From Macrostomum lignano (Eukaryota): a stretch of DNA of 64,000 nucleotides. Location: NCBI GenBank assembly GCA_002269645.1, contig NIVC01000006.1:372001-436000 (forward strand). Direction: 5' to 3'. The notes under the pieces were generated by a model. That model was not told the DNA's origin. It searched no databases and saw only the letters and a list, made by a program, of their open reading frames with translations. This document shows positions 11,139-25,300 of this stretch, one piece after another. The position numbers were made by a program, and so were the translations under genes. The stretch's first letter is position 1. The number at the start of each line of letters is the position of its first letter.

Positions 11139-13905
11139 CTGAAAGCAGAAATTTGCATTGTACTCAGCTATAAAATGCTTTTAGAGTGTGCTTGGTGAGA
11201 GTAGTATCAGACAGTAGTATGAGAGTTATAAGATGGGAGCATCTATTAATTTACTAAGCCTAGGCCTTGTACATTGTATAGTCTTTTGTATAGCAGCAAC
11301 ACCACGAATGCATTTTTCTTATTTTAAAAATGAAATACCTTTTCAGGTTAAAAATAGGCACTCTGTCTTAACTAAATAAAATGTCTTATTTAGAATTCAG
11401 TTAGCTCAAGGGTGTTAGCAGCTCAACTGATTTTCTACAAACTTGCAAAAAAGCAAAAAAGGTGATGGAAAATAAATTTGGTAAGATTTTCTTAAAGGTA
11501 CTCTCATGCAATAGATTTGAAATAATTTGTCATTATTTGCATGGTACCTTGTAAATAACAAATGCCTTTATTAAAATGCTTCATTCTTTCTTAAATTTCA
11601 TTTTGCATTTCTGTCCAATTTCTTAAAGCCAATAGTCATTGTTAAGAACTTTTACTCAGACACAATGAGAAGTCAAAATGGCCATTATTAACACCATTCA
11701 GCATCTCCACTTCTAGATTTTTCTAATTGATAAGAGCAGGCATATTGCTAAGATTTTATTAAACTGGAGTCTAAATTTGCCTCCTTCATTGTCATAGAAT
11801 TTGTCCATGGTGAATCTCTATTGCCAGAATGGTTAGCACCTGTTGAAAAGTTAGCAAAAGCTAGGCCTTACTTGTAATACTTGCAATATTTGCTTGTTTT
11901 GTTTGGATTATATTTGTCTCTCACTATTAGTAGGGACTGGTAAGATATAGAAATTTGACCAAAATCAAAACACTTAAAAATGTTTTTTCTAATATAAAAA
12001 ACAACCTAGTAGATAACTAAAAAAATAAATTAAGCAACATAGAAAGAGATACTCTAGAAGAAAAATAATTTTAGTAGTATTATTGAACTATAATACTACT
12101 AAAATACTTATTGTATTATTTTAGAAAAGTAGTATTATTGAAAATGTCAATTTTAATACATAAAACAGAATTGAAACAAATTTTCTTTTTAGTTAGGAAT
12201 CTATTTCCTAGGTAAGTAGGTATCTAGGTAGGTGCAAAAGCAGAAATTAGAGAGAAGTAAGCAAATGAGAGAGTACTCAGTGTGAAAGCTTGGAGGAAAA
12301 GATTGAAGGAAATGAAAGGGAAGAGGAATCAAATCTTGAGCACAAAGGAGAGAGAGAAAATGAGGAGGAGGTTATATGCGAGTGAATGAATCAAAGGAAA
12401 AGATATTGCATGCCAAGCAATGTGAGGATTATGTTATCCTAACCAACAAGAACAAACCAAGGTAGATCCAACCAAGAACAAATGAGGTAGATCTTGGTGT
12501 TGTGCATTGGAGCTCAGTCTATAGCTTTAGTGCATTATTGTTTTTCTGTCTATGTTGTATACTATGTGACTTAAGCTTTGCTCAACTTTCATTCTGTTAT
12601 TGTTTAGTAAGTCTATGGCTACTCTTTCTTTCTCAGAGCTCCCCTCTGGGTTTTAGCCCTTCTTCCTCTCAAGACTCTACCTAGAGCTATGCACTCAAGA
12701 TTCCTAATTCTACCATCAAATACAAACAATAACTTTGCACTACTTGTCACCTTAATCTTGACACACATCACCTGGCCTAGGTGCCAACTTCCCAGCTATC
12801 TTGGATAAGTTATTAAGAGGCTAGCATGAGCAAATTAAGCAACTGGTGAACATCCTAAAAGGGTCATTTGGTTTACATGGCCTACCTGCACACAGATTGG
12901 CCTACATCATGCTGGTATACACATGCCAGGAAGGAATTTTTGTACAAAATCCTAGATGCATTCTGTGCGCACAGACAAAAACTTGTGCACTTCTTGCAAA
13001 CTTGCAAAAGGCTTACGTGTGCAGGTTTTTTACACTATTAAAACTTGCAACTACAAAAAAATGTGCATGTATGTAATTAAACATTGAAGTATTCAAAGAT
13101 TGTTAAAAATATTTTAATGTTTTAAACTCTGTGGGCTTTTTACTAATTTTAAGATGCCTTTTTAAATCTTATACTTTCTTTGTTATATGTCATGCAACTT
13201 TAAATTAAAATTAACACCTTGTACATTCTCTTTTCAAATCAGCCAAATTACACAAAATGGCATCAAAAGTCAAAACAGTTTAAATGTATAAAGTTTAAAA
13301 ACTTTTGTGTTTTAAAAGTAATAAACAGTTTTTTAAGATTATTGTAAATATATCACTAGGTCAAAATAACTGTCTTTTTCATTCATTCATATTAAAAAGA
13401 TAAATCAGAAATGTTTAGCATTACTATTAGAGCACCTATTACTAGTAGTTAAATTATTTTTTTTAAACTTTTATATAAAAATATTCAATTAATTTGTCAA
13501 TTCATTAATTCAAGAAAGAGTACATTTAATTTTTGTGCTATTTCTTAATTATTGATCAAATCAACTAGTGGCTCTAATTTTATAAAAAAATTTATTAGTC
13601 TTAATGCTATGACTATAACTATCTATGAACTATTCAAAAATGTCTTTGTGGTGGTTATGGAAATTTTACTTATTACTTATTAATTTCTTTAATCTCTAAT
13701 AAATATTTAAAGCAATGAATGATATTATTGATATTATAACTTTATAAGGATGTATACAGATAAGGATAAGGATATTTCTCTGATTTCAAAATGCCTATGC
13801 CTGTTGCCTTAGTTTTTGCAGCATCTAGCTTTATTACTTTGGCAATATTATCATATATAATGTCTGATAGTATTAACTAGTGGTGTAGATAAAGAAAATA
13901 AAGCT

Positions 13906-16900
13906 ATGGAACAAGGTGTGGCTAGCAATCTAGTTGGTAAAGCTGTTAATATTAGCTTTCAAACTGTTGGTATTATAGCTGTCACCACTCAGGCTCAGCC
14001 ACAACCTTGTTCTTTGAGAATAGACGCTGCCACTATTAGTATAATTAATTCTGAAACTCTAGGCTCTGACACAGTTGTTGCTGATAGTAGCCTTATTTCT
14101 GCAACAGCTAGTCAGAACCAGCAGAATCCATTAGCTACAACTACTTCAAAGACATTGGCTTCACTAGGTGCACGCTCTTCAAAACCAAAGGTTGCACTAA
14201 GCAATGTCAAGGCTGATGCTCTAATTTGCAAGGAATGTTATCTTCAGAACAAGGTAAGTTTTAGTTTCAAATTGATTTGAAACATTTTTTGACATTTGAT
14301 ATTTTGCTATGATGTATCTAGATGAAATATACAATTATGCATGAATAAACTAAGGATGTGTAGTATATTTTTCAGAAACTTTGTGTTGTTAGCCAGAGTT
14401 GGGATACTGGCAGACACACAAAAAGTCATTATCATACATCAGCAACATCAACATTTTTCTTGAATTCATCATAGGCAGCAAAAAAAATGGTAGGTATTTT
14501 CTATAATTTTTATACACTATACTGGTACTTGTTTGGTTTTAAGAAAATTAAAATATTTGCATGAACTTAACTTACAGATCATATATCTAAGACTGGTTCT
14601 ACCATTCAAGATAAGATCCGTGTATCTGCCTCAGGTGATACTGGTCCACAAAAAAAGCCAATGGAGAAGGGTAAATACACAAGTATTTTAAATTTTCTTT
14701 ATGATGACTATAATTCATGTGCATGCTAGCATCTTTTTTTTAATGCTTTTATACATATCAAAATTTTCTTTACTGCAATATAGTTGTTTTGGATCATCAA
14801 GAGTTAGGCAGTGGTAGCTTCAGCAAGCTTTCCCATCCTTCACACTCTGAAATAAAGAGATCAGAGTCAGCTGCAAATGATTCCAATATAATATTGTTGG
14901 TGGATGATGTTCCAATTCAGTTGTTGTAAATTGCCCTATGGCTGAGGCTGACAATTTAGAGTGGTCCAAGTCCAATAAAGAAGATATTCGTCTGCTCCTA
15001 GCAAAGCTACCAAAACTGGTTGCTGATGAAGTTGAAAAGTGGTTGCCCTATTCCAGCCTAAATCATGATCAGCAGACTCAGCTATTGAACCAGGGTAACA
15101 GCCAGTACAAGTGATACTGTCTCTAATCTAGATAAGTGGCTGAAACTGGTTAATATTTCTAACATTTGCAAGGAAGTCACTGAATTGGAATTATTTGTGG
15201 CTGAACAAACTGGCAAGTCAGTTGTTTATTGCATAGTATGCTGGGACAGTCTAGACCCAAAAAATTCAAAAGGATAAATGCTTTCTAATGCTACTCACAT
15301 TTTGCTAAGTATGTTTATTTACTTTTTGGAATTATAGTCAACAAAAAACACTACCCAACATTTTTTTTAAATGGATTCTCTTTACTAAATTCTAGAATTG
15401 GCCCTTTGTCTCCTGTGATAGGTCTATGGTTCAATAAGGCATGCACTGAACAGCTTCTCAGGGGTACTAGTTCTCAAGACAGCTCATTCTGGCGCAAAAA
15501 AAAGAGCTACCTGCGTCCTGTACTGCCATCTTCTGGGTTCTATGGCCTCTGCTGAAGGCAAAAAACATGCCTTGGCTCTGCAGAGTGCTAAGATTGAAAA
15601 AGAAGTTAAAGTACACTCTCATTAAATTGCAATGCACTTTGTTTGGGCTATGATCATGACCTTAAGGGGAAAAGCAGCAGCTTGTCATTATGAAGACCAA
15701 CTCACTGTATTTCGTTTGAATGGCTCTGACATAGGAAATAGAGGACATGGAAGGCAACTTAGGCAAGTCTTTAATTTTTATTATTGTACTTTTCTTTCAA
15801 TTCTTTGATTTCCTTAATAGAAAAAATGTCAAAAATCATTTCAGAAAACAGATGATACTTCTGATGAAGTCTGCTAACCAGTGGCTTAACAAAGAATTCA
15901 ACAAATTTCTTCTGACTCATTTGCTATCAACGAGCCTGCCTCCATACTTTATAGGTATAATTGACAAAGCCACACAAACTCGTGAGACTAATCAGGCTAT
16001 ACTGCTTGTCGCTATGGTAAATGGAGAGTGATGTGCCCTTCTAGTTGGTGCTCCAGTTGTGTATTGCCTACAAGCCAAAAGGGTCAATATGGATGATTCC
16101 ACTTCTGATGGAGATGGGGATTTGATAGAATCTGAGAATAAGAATGGTGCTGGATGTGAGGAAAATTCTGAGACTGATGAAGAAGAGTTTAATAGCATGG
16201 ATGTAAACATTACAGGTGGAAGCCCTTCTGAGTTGGCTAATTTAATATATAAGACCATCAAAGAGTTTAACTTATCCAATGAGAATCTACACCACAATTG
16301 TGGAACATCTGCTGATGGTCAATATCAACCTATTCAATTTGCTAACAAGATGAGCTTATTAGCTGGGCACTCTAATATAAAAGAAAACAGCATTTTTCAG
16401 CCCATAGTCCAGGATTTTTTACATTTCTTAAGCCTAGCCATGACTGACATTCATGATGGAAATTTTGGTGATGCAGCAAAGAATTTTTTAAGCTCTTTGT
16501 TTCCCAGGTGAATGAGTTTAATACTTTATTGTTGCAAGGGAAATGAGGTTCTGCTTTCGCACAACCTCCAGTTTTATCACTAGAAGGCTGCAACATGGGG
16601 TAAATGCCTAATTTGTTGCATGGAAACCAGACAGAAGTCCTTGTTGCAAAAACACCTGGCTGACATACAACAACTTGGGTTTAAGGGCACTTGTCTGTAT
16701 GAAGGCTGGCATAATATTTCTAGCTCTACTAAACAGCAAGGAGCAAGCACACGTGGCAGACCTAAAAATCTGCAGATATACATTTGGGAAGAAAGAACTA
16801 TAGAAAGAGCTATAGAAGAATCCAAACTGTTTGCCACAGCTTTGCTAGAGAGCATTACTTCTTGACTTCAACTTGGAACTTCTCAATGCTCAAAGATTGT
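13906..16900 (+). mobile_element. Decayed intron-containing hAT-like (ZNF862-type) transposase gene
   Basis: AT-rich fragments with stops and frameshifts: CKEC...H..H.H Zn-finger-like start; GKAAACHYEDQLTVFRLNGSDIGNRGHG (~15670-15750); GTSADGQYQ and DFLHFLSLAMTD (in ORF 16059-16511, resembling the hAT catalytic Asp and CxxH-LxLA motifs); several GT-AG introns. Family call is from motif memory. Confidence 0.55.
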
Positions 16901-17278
16901 AGCAAAATTTCTGGACTTTGAAAAACTTCTTTAGAATCTATCTGGCAGATGTATGTGTGAAAATACTAGAGTTGCAAAAAATATTTGAACCTGCTTTGAT
17001 TTTGAGACATTTATGGCCATTGGTGAACAGGAATTCGTGCAACTCTTTAACTATGTTGTATTAGGCCCCCATATAACATAGGTCCCTATTTATTGTTGTA
17101 TATTCCTTAGGGGAATGCCTAATATTATAGGGGCCTAAGCCTTTATTGTTTAAAATGGTACTTTATTATAATATTATATATCTCTTTTTGGTTAAGAAAT
17201 AACGTGTCAAAACATAAAATCATAAAAAGGTCAAATTTTGAGCCTAAGCCTAATCAGTTCAGTTTTAGTACATACCAA

Positions 17279-18869
17279 CAGTGCTGCCACTCTATATTGT
17301 AAAAAAATTAACGCACAAGGAAAAAAATGCATTCTAAAATTATGATTGTTTTTACCTCCTATCACTAGGCCTAAAAGATATTTGAACGTAGAAATTTTTA
17401 ACGCTAAATTCGAATTTTATATTTAATTTTTTTCCTTGATTCCAGATAGGCAACACAACAAACAAAACACACAACACAGTGCAGCAGAATAATGAATGGT
17501 AAAAAATAGCTGTAATGAATTGACTGTAATAAAAAATTGATTGCTAAAAAGTTGCTTGTACTTAAAGAACAATGTGAAAGTTTATCCGTCATAGACAGTC
17601 AGATCAATTTATTGTACTACATTGTCATGGTCACAGGGCTTCTTGTTGGTAGAAGCTTTTCCATTGGTGTCGGCAATGGATTCTTGGTCCACATTGGCTT
17701 GACTAGAGGACTTGCGCTTCGTAGCTCCACCTCCATCAAAAGCACGTTGGTCTAGCATTTGGTGGTTCTTTTCCACTGCCATTTTGGCTTTCTGGGCAGC
17801 CTCCCGCTCACGCTGCGCTTGCTTTAGGTGCTCAGCGACCTTCTGCAGCGCCAACTCTGCTTCGGTGACCTTTTGATTGGCTTCCTGCTTGAGGTCATGA
17901 GCAGCCTTCTCTCGCTGGCGAATCTTTGTTGCTTGCTCTAGGTGCTGCATTTCGTGCTTTGCTGCCTCAGCATCCTTGGCCGCTTGCGCTGCAGCAGCCA
18001 CCTGAGCCTTTTCTGTTGCCTTACGCTTTTTCTTTTCTGCCTGGTGGGCAAAATACTTGGCTCGTGCTTCGATCCCGAGATCAATCAGGTTCCGACTGAT
18101 GTTCGCATCAATGCACAGTTGCTGAGTTGAGCAAAGGAAGCTACGAACTCGAAGATGAGCTAGACAAGTAGTGTCAGCCATTGCGTTTTGCTTTGAATTA
18201 TCATCGATGTCACTTGACTTCCCTATAGCATGTTCTAGATCGGCATTGGCATGGAAGAAGGTCATGACAGCTTGTACTAACTTAGTCATCAAGGGGAACA
18301 CTAGCTTGTCGAAGATGTTCTTCTTATTGGCGACTTGATGCCAGAAAAGTGCTGGTGCTAGGTAGCTTTTGACAAGATGCCCTTGAAGACGCAGAGCACT
18401 GCTGAACTTCTTGACGAAGAGAGTCAAGTTCGTTCTGGCATATTACTGTTGGCAGCTGCTTGGCCAGCGCAACAGCAAGGTCGGGACTCTCTTCATCAAG
18501 CAGTTTGCCTGGATTGAGAACTTGCAGGCGCCATAGAATGAACTTCCTAAATGGAAGTTCAGTTGCTAGGTAGGCAGCAAGGGCTTGATAGAATGCACGA
18601 ACCTTAAGAAAGAATAGTGCGTTTTGAGATTCTCGTCTTCCTGGGTCGCAGAGTAGAATTCGAGTCTCCTCGCCAACTCCCAGCTGGCTGTCATCGACTT
18701 GGCCGTTTCTTCACTGGGCTTGTTTATTTATAATAATGAAAAAGGATGGGTACGGTGTATATAATAAGAAAAAACGCAGATATTACGCCTGGTGAAAAAA
18801 TTATCGCATAACGCAGAGCCAGAGCTAAAAAACGCAGCTGCGCTAAAAACGCAGGTAGTGGCAGCACTG
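17279..18869 (-). mobile_element. ~1.6-kb non-autonomous hAT element with intact TIRs carrying the C-terminal part of a transposase
   Basis: TIR CAGTGCTGCCACT at 17279-17291 and its reverse complement at 18857-18869. ACATACCAA on both flanks (17270-17278, 18871-18879). AAAACGCA subterminal repeats. Minus-strand reading LGVGEETR...FFLKVRAFYQALAAYLATELPF...VLNP...LDSLRQE frameshifts into FWHQV...FPLMTKLVQAVMTFFHANADLE (hAT dimerisation-domain-like), then a coiled-coil tail (ORF 17609-18427). Confidence 0.8.
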
Positions 18870-20252
18870 CACATACCAATAGGGGCCTGCTAACTAAAGT
18901 TGTCTAAACTTTAATTCAAAATTAGTAGCAGGCCCTAGCACTTCGCTAGGTCAAGATATTAGTTTGCAATCAATCAGAAAAAAATTAATAATTCGTCTAG
19001 ATTCGAACACGAGGGCTGCGCACACGCCTAAGGCGAATTTTACCTATCCATCCAGGCCCGACTCGGATTATGAACTTAGAATTTAGAAACAGACCTTGAA
19101 TTGAATTTTGCTTTATAAGAAGTAACGTTTTTAAACAAAATTTACTAGCTTTAAAACAACTTAACGAGCTGCGCTACTTATGTTTTCAAAATAATTAGCT
19201 TTGGCTGCCTTTGCTTTTATTCCTTGATACGGCTGAACCTTAAAGCATTTCCTTGCTTCCCACATGTTTAAAATATAGATTTCTATAGATTGTCGACAGT
19301 ATAGTTTGGAATATAAAGTTTAGTCTAGCAATCTAGTGCCCCCTGCCCCTTTCGGGGCGCCCAATAAGCAAGGAGCAAAAGTATTCATGTAAATCTTTTA
19401 AAAAGCACATTTTCTTGAGAACAGAATTTTTCTGTTTTATAGATCACCTTATTCGAGTAAATTTGTCATGGACTAAGATGTTTGCTATGAATCTCTTTTT
19501 TCTAAAAGTAACAAAAGTGCACCACAAAATAAAGCCTTCACAAAGATAATAGGCATTCCCCTAAGTCAAAAGCATTTAAAGTAGCTGAAGTAACAAAATA
19601 TTTTTATTTTATTAAAAAATTTTTTATTATTTTACAAAATCATTTGCTGTGGAGCCTGTCTTTAATAATAATATTTTTAAATATCTTTTATAATATGTAA
19701 AGTAGCTGAAGTAATAAAATCTTTAATTCTTACCATGCTCTCTAGAAGCTTACTTTCTAGAAGATAGTCTAGTCTTATTTGGTGGTGGCTAGGCCTAATT
19801 CTAGGCAGCTTTCCTATAACTTTATTAGGCCTACTCTTAATTTAAGCCTCCACCATCCTAACCACAATGTGTAATGTATATATGGTGTCAAAAAGTTTTT
19901 TGAGTCCTTAACCTAGTGAGTTAAAAGCTTTCCTTGTATTAAAAATAAAAACTTTTATCTTAAATTAGCCCCTTTATCGTAGGGGGCCATAGCCCAGCAG
20001 TCTAGTGCAGGCTCTGGTATGCGTTGCATGCTTGTGCTTATTGAAAAATGGAAGTACATCATTTCTCTTCCCTTTTCCTACCTTCACTCTCTTTCCCGAT
20101 TGATTTATCATTCACTTATTCACTTATATACAGTACTAAACTGCACTGTACCCTGTACCCTGTAGGCTATACTGTACTGTATGTCTGGCAAACTAACTTG
20201 TATATATACACTCATGCACTCATATATATATGAATATATGATTCGCATACAG

Positions 20253-20500
20253 TTCCTCTCGATTGCGACTTAGTTCCTCCCGATTGCGACTTAGTTCCTC
20301 TCGATTGCGACTTAGTTCCTCCCGATTGCGACTTAGTTCCTCCCAATTGTGACTTAGTTTTCACTTTGTATATGACTTTTCTTGCCTTTTTCTCTTTTCT
20401 TTTATTTCTCTTTCTTTCTCCTCTTCCCCTCTCTCTCTCTTTCTTCTCCCTCCTTTCTTTTCCTTTTCTCTTCTCCTTTTTTTCTTCTCCCAATTTTTCG
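20253..20500. repeat. 21-bp tandem repeat (5 copies) followed by a CT-rich low-complexity tract
   Basis: GTTCCTCCCGATTGCGACTTA units, then polypyrimidine. Confidence 0.85.
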
Positions 20501-20579
20501 TTTTTGTGTTTTCAATTTTGCGACTTACCTTGGCCAGAGGCCATTTCACCTGTCCAGTTCGGACAGGTCGGACAGGTGT

Positions 20580-20700
20580 TGGGCATGTATGCCTATGTGA
20601 GTGTGTGCCTGCATACTTATCCGCGTGCTTGTATGCCTGCTCAGGGGAGTCGGTGGAATGGGCAGTAATGCCTCTCGCCAGTTGTGTGCCTATGTCACTT
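20580..20700. repeat. Dispersed repeat family (SINE-like core); related copies at ~490-560, ~43485-43550 and ~57427-57500
   Basis: Shared core CTCAGGGGAGTCGG(T/C)GGAATGGGCAGTAATGCC or its reverse complement seen in several places; the copy at ~490-560 is more diverged. Confidence 0.6.
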
Positions 20701-21687
20701 AAAGTGTGCCAAGGTACACATAACCCCCCTGCCTCTAATAAAAAAGCCCCTTATCATTCCAACCCCATACTAGTCCTAGATACTAGGGACTTAGACTTAG
20801 AGCTTCCCTTTAAAAGTGAAGTAAATTCATCTTAAATTAAGCCCTAACCACCTAAGTATAATGAAAATCGCTATTATTTGAGTCCTAAATTCTAGGGACT
20901 TATGAGTACCCCTCACTTTGAAATTAGCAACATTTATTCACCCTTACCCCTATTATATCAATAGCTCAAATGGAGTCAATAGACTTTTAAGTCTTTGTTG
21001 AGTGGTAATACTGTATATTGGAACAAAGTATTGGAAATATGTGTTTTTATATAACCATATCTATATCCATATGCTTTGTAAAGTCCCTAGTGCACATGGA
21101 AACCAGATTTGCTAGCATAATTAGCATGAATTCTAAGACTTAGTATAAATCTTGTTGTGAAAAATATATTGTTATTTGTTAATGTAGCTTTCATTTTAAA
21201 ATGTTAAATTAAACATTTTTATATTAATTTACTATTAGAAGTAGTATATATATATATATATATATTACATAGATAGCTCATAGATTATACCCTATCAATT
21301 TATTCCAATGCATACTCTGCTACCTTCCTAACTGTAGTCAAGAAGTGCTAGCCATCTATGCATTATCTTTGTGGTCTGTGACTGTATGCATTATTAAGGT
21401 TATAGGTTAATGCATTTTGTATTAGCAAAGGAATTGTACCATGGTTCTTTAACCTTCTGATGTTTTGATTAAAAAAATAATAATTGTGCTTTTTGATGCT
21501 ACAATAATATCCTAAGTTATAACAAAATCTAGATATGCCTTAAGAAATGAACTAACCTATACTAAACCTTTCCAAATTATCTATTGATATTAAACATGTA
21601 GTAATCAGATCTGTTTAAAAACTTAAGACAAAACTTAAGTCTAATTAGTCATGCTGCCATTGCAATTGTTCTCCAGCTAGCTGGCTC

Positions 21688-22216
21688 ATGCCTCTACGCA
21701 AACTGTTTCGCCAGCTGTTTCGTCCGGATTCAAATCAACCAGTAGCTGGCGATAGTAATGAATTTATTGGCCAAGTGCGAAGGTAAGTTGCTTTCGCTAG
21801 CTATGCATCCAACTAGTTATGTGTTGTTTTTTTCGTTAGCTTGTCTGACTATCGATCTCTGCCCCCCTGTCTTTGTTTCTGTTTTGTCTCTGCCTATTAT
21901 TTAGTTATATTTTTTAGTGTTGCCTGCTTGTCCTTCATCTCTGCAGATATCTGGCTTTGCCTTGCTTTTCTGCATTTCTGGTCGTGTCTTAGACTTTGTG
22001 TTTTTCTATTACGTGTCTGTGTCTTAATGTCTGTATGTCTGTTATAGTGTCTGTGTATCTGTGTCTTAGTGTCTGTGTTTGTGTCTTAGTGTCTGCGTTT
22101 GTGTCTTAGTGTGTGTTTGTGTCTTAGTGTCTGTGTTTGTGTCTGTAGTGGAATTGGCGATGCTCGCCTCCCCGCTGCGTCTTCGGACCGCCCTGTAGCT
22201 AAGTCCAGTTTTGTCC

Positions 22217-22274
<58 letters not shown>

Positions 22275-22335
22275 GTGTCTGTCTGTCTGTCTGTCTGTGT
22301 GTCTGTCTGTCTGCCTGTCTGTCTGACTGACTGAC

Positions 22336-22367
<32 letters not shown>

Positions 22368-25300
22368 ATCCCCGCTCTCCAATTTCCCGCAGTCTGGGCC
22401 ATCGCAGCCTGAGCGCGCCCAGTCTGGACCATCGGCATCGCCAGCATTTATTCAATGGCGATGGCGGTGGACTTCAGCCTGATCAGCAGCAGCCACCGAT
22501 GGACGCGGCCACTGGCGACTGCGGCCTGCTGTGCAGCCTCCTGCTGCCCGCCTCGCTAGCCGGCGGCAACACTTCGTGCGGCTCGCCCTGCCAGGCTGCC
22601 GCCAATTCGTCCGCTGCCCCCGCCTCTCTGGGCTCGTCCAGGAGGGTGGAGTTTCTCTATCGGGCCAGGTGCGACGATGCCCAGGCTGTGCTGCGGTTTC
22701 TGTCCAGAGGCGGCGGGCCCGTGGATCTGGTGCAGGTAGGCTGGGCGATGGTTTGGCTCTGTGTAGTGTCTGTCAAGTGTCTGTAGTGTCTGTTAAGTTT
22801 CTTACGTGTCTGTGACTTGTCTGTAGGTTCTCTGCTAATTGTCTGTAGTGTCTGTCAAGTGTCTGTAGTGTCTGTCAATTGTCTGTAGTGTCTTTCAATT
22901 CTCTGTAGTGTCTAAATGTGTCCGTAGTGTCTGCCTGTCATCCCCTGTCAAGTGTCTGTTTTTTCTGTCTTTAGTGTCTCTGCCTTCCTGTTTGTCCGCC
23001 TGTGTCTGTGTGTATGTGTCTGTCTCATTCCCTGTGTTTTTATCTGCTTTTTATCAGGTGTTATTTTTTACCGGGTTCATGCTAGTTCTTTTTTGAATTA
23101 AGCGCTTGTACTTTTGCACTTGGTCACGTGACTTCTGTCCCGTCTGTCGAACTGCAGGGCGGCAGCAGGCGCACCGCTCTGTGCTACGCTGCAGCCAATG
23201 GCAACAGCCGCCTGGCCGAGGAGCTCCTGGCGCTCGGCGCAGCGGTGGACGGCCTCGGCTACGAGGTGCCGCTGATCCACGCCTGCGAGCGCGGCCACCT
23301 GGACACTGTCCGGCTCCTGCTGGCCTCTGGCGCGTCGCCCGCTTGTCGAGACGCTCGCGGCTCGACGCCTCTAATTAAAGCGGTCAGTCAGGGACATCTG
23401 GAGGTTGTCCGGTTGCTATTGGATACGGCTGCGGAGTCAGCCGGTGCCTCTGTAGACGCGGTTAGCACTGAGCCCTGCTTCATCTGTCTGGAAGGTGAGG
23501 ATGCCAGCTTAACGTTGGATTTTTTGTATAGAATTGAAAAGTAAATGAAATGCATCGCCAAAGTGAACAAAGCATTTCAGCCCACCCCATAATTCATCAC
23601 TCCATTCAATAATTATTCCGCCTAATAATCATCATCCTATTCAATAATCATCATCTCACCTGAAAATCAACATCCGACTCAATAATCATCATCTCACCTG
23701 AAAATCATCATCTTCCTTGTTAACCATTATCCTACTCAAAAAATATAATCTTACTTGAAAGTTATCGTCCTACACTCCTACTCAATAATCATCTCATCTG
23801 ATAATCATCATCCAACTCAATAAAAATCATCTTTCTTGATAACTATTATCCTACTGAATAATCATCATCCTACTCAATAATCATCATCTCACCTGAAAAT
23901 CATCATCCTACTCAATAATCATCTCATCTGATAATCATCACCCAACTCAATAAAAATCATCTTTCTTGATAACTATTATCCTACTGAATAATCATCATCT
24001 CACCTGAAAATCATCATCCTACTGAATAATCATCATCTCACCTGAAAATCATCATCTCACCTGAAAATCATCATCCTACTCAATAATCATCTCATCTGAT
24101 AATCATCATCCAACTCAATAAAAATCTTCTTTCTTGATAACTATTATCCTACTGAATAATCATCATCTCACCTGAAAATCATCATCCCACTCAATAATCA
24201 TCATCTCACCTGAAAATCATCATCCTACTGAATAATAATCATCTCACCTGAAAATCATCATCCTACTCAATAATCATCATCTCACCTGAAAATCATCATC
24301 CCACTCAATAATCATCATCTCACCTGAAAATCATCATCCTACTGAATAATCATCATCTCACCTGAAAATCATCATCCCACTCAATAATCATCATCTCACC
24401 TGAAAATCATCATCCTACTGAATAATCATCATCTCACCTGAAAATCATCATCCCACTCAATAATAATCATCTCACCTGAAAATCATCATCCTACTGAATA
24501 ATCATCATCTCACCTGAAAATCATCATCCCACTCAATAATCATCATCTCACCTGAAAATCATCATCCTACTGAATAATCATCATCTCACCTGAAAATCAT
24601 CATCCTACTCAATAATAATCATCTCACCTGAAAATCATCATCCCACTCAATAATCATCATCTCACCTGAAAATCATCATCCTACTGAATAATAATCATCT
24701 CACCTGAAAATCATCATCCTACTCAATAATCATCATCTCACCTGAAAATCATCATCCTACTCAATAATCATCATCTCACCTGAAAATCATCATCCCACTC
24801 AATAATCATCATCTCACCTGAAAATCATCATCCTACTGAATAATAATCATCTCACCTGAAAATCATCATCCTACTCAATAATCATCATCTCACCTGAAAA
24901 TCATCATCCCACTCAATAATCATCATCTCACCTGAAAATCATCATCCTACTGAATAATCATCATCTCACCTGAAAATCATCATCCCACTCAATAATCATC
25001 ATCTCACCTGAAAATCATCATCCTACTGAATAATCATCATCTCACCTGAAAATCATCATCCCACTCAATAATCATCATCTCACCTGAAAATCATCATCCT
25101 ACTGAATAATCATCATCTCACCTGAAAATCATCATCCCACTCAATAATCATCATCTCACCTGAAAATCATCATCCTACTGAATAATCATCATCTCACCTG
25201 AAAATCATCATCCCACTCAATAATCATCATCTCACCTGAAAATCATCATCCTACTGAATAATCATCATCTCACCTGAAAATCATCATCCCACTCAATAAT

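Noticed and set aside
17060-17140. Tiny inverted-repeat units (also 18882-18937)
   Set aside because: Short imperfect hairpins with no clear TSD; probably MITE debris, insufficient support
20580-20700. Dispersed repeat as a hammerhead or retrozyme-bearing element
   Set aside because: I could not locate a CUGANGA...GAAA core with flanking stems in any copy; a covariance-model search would be needed
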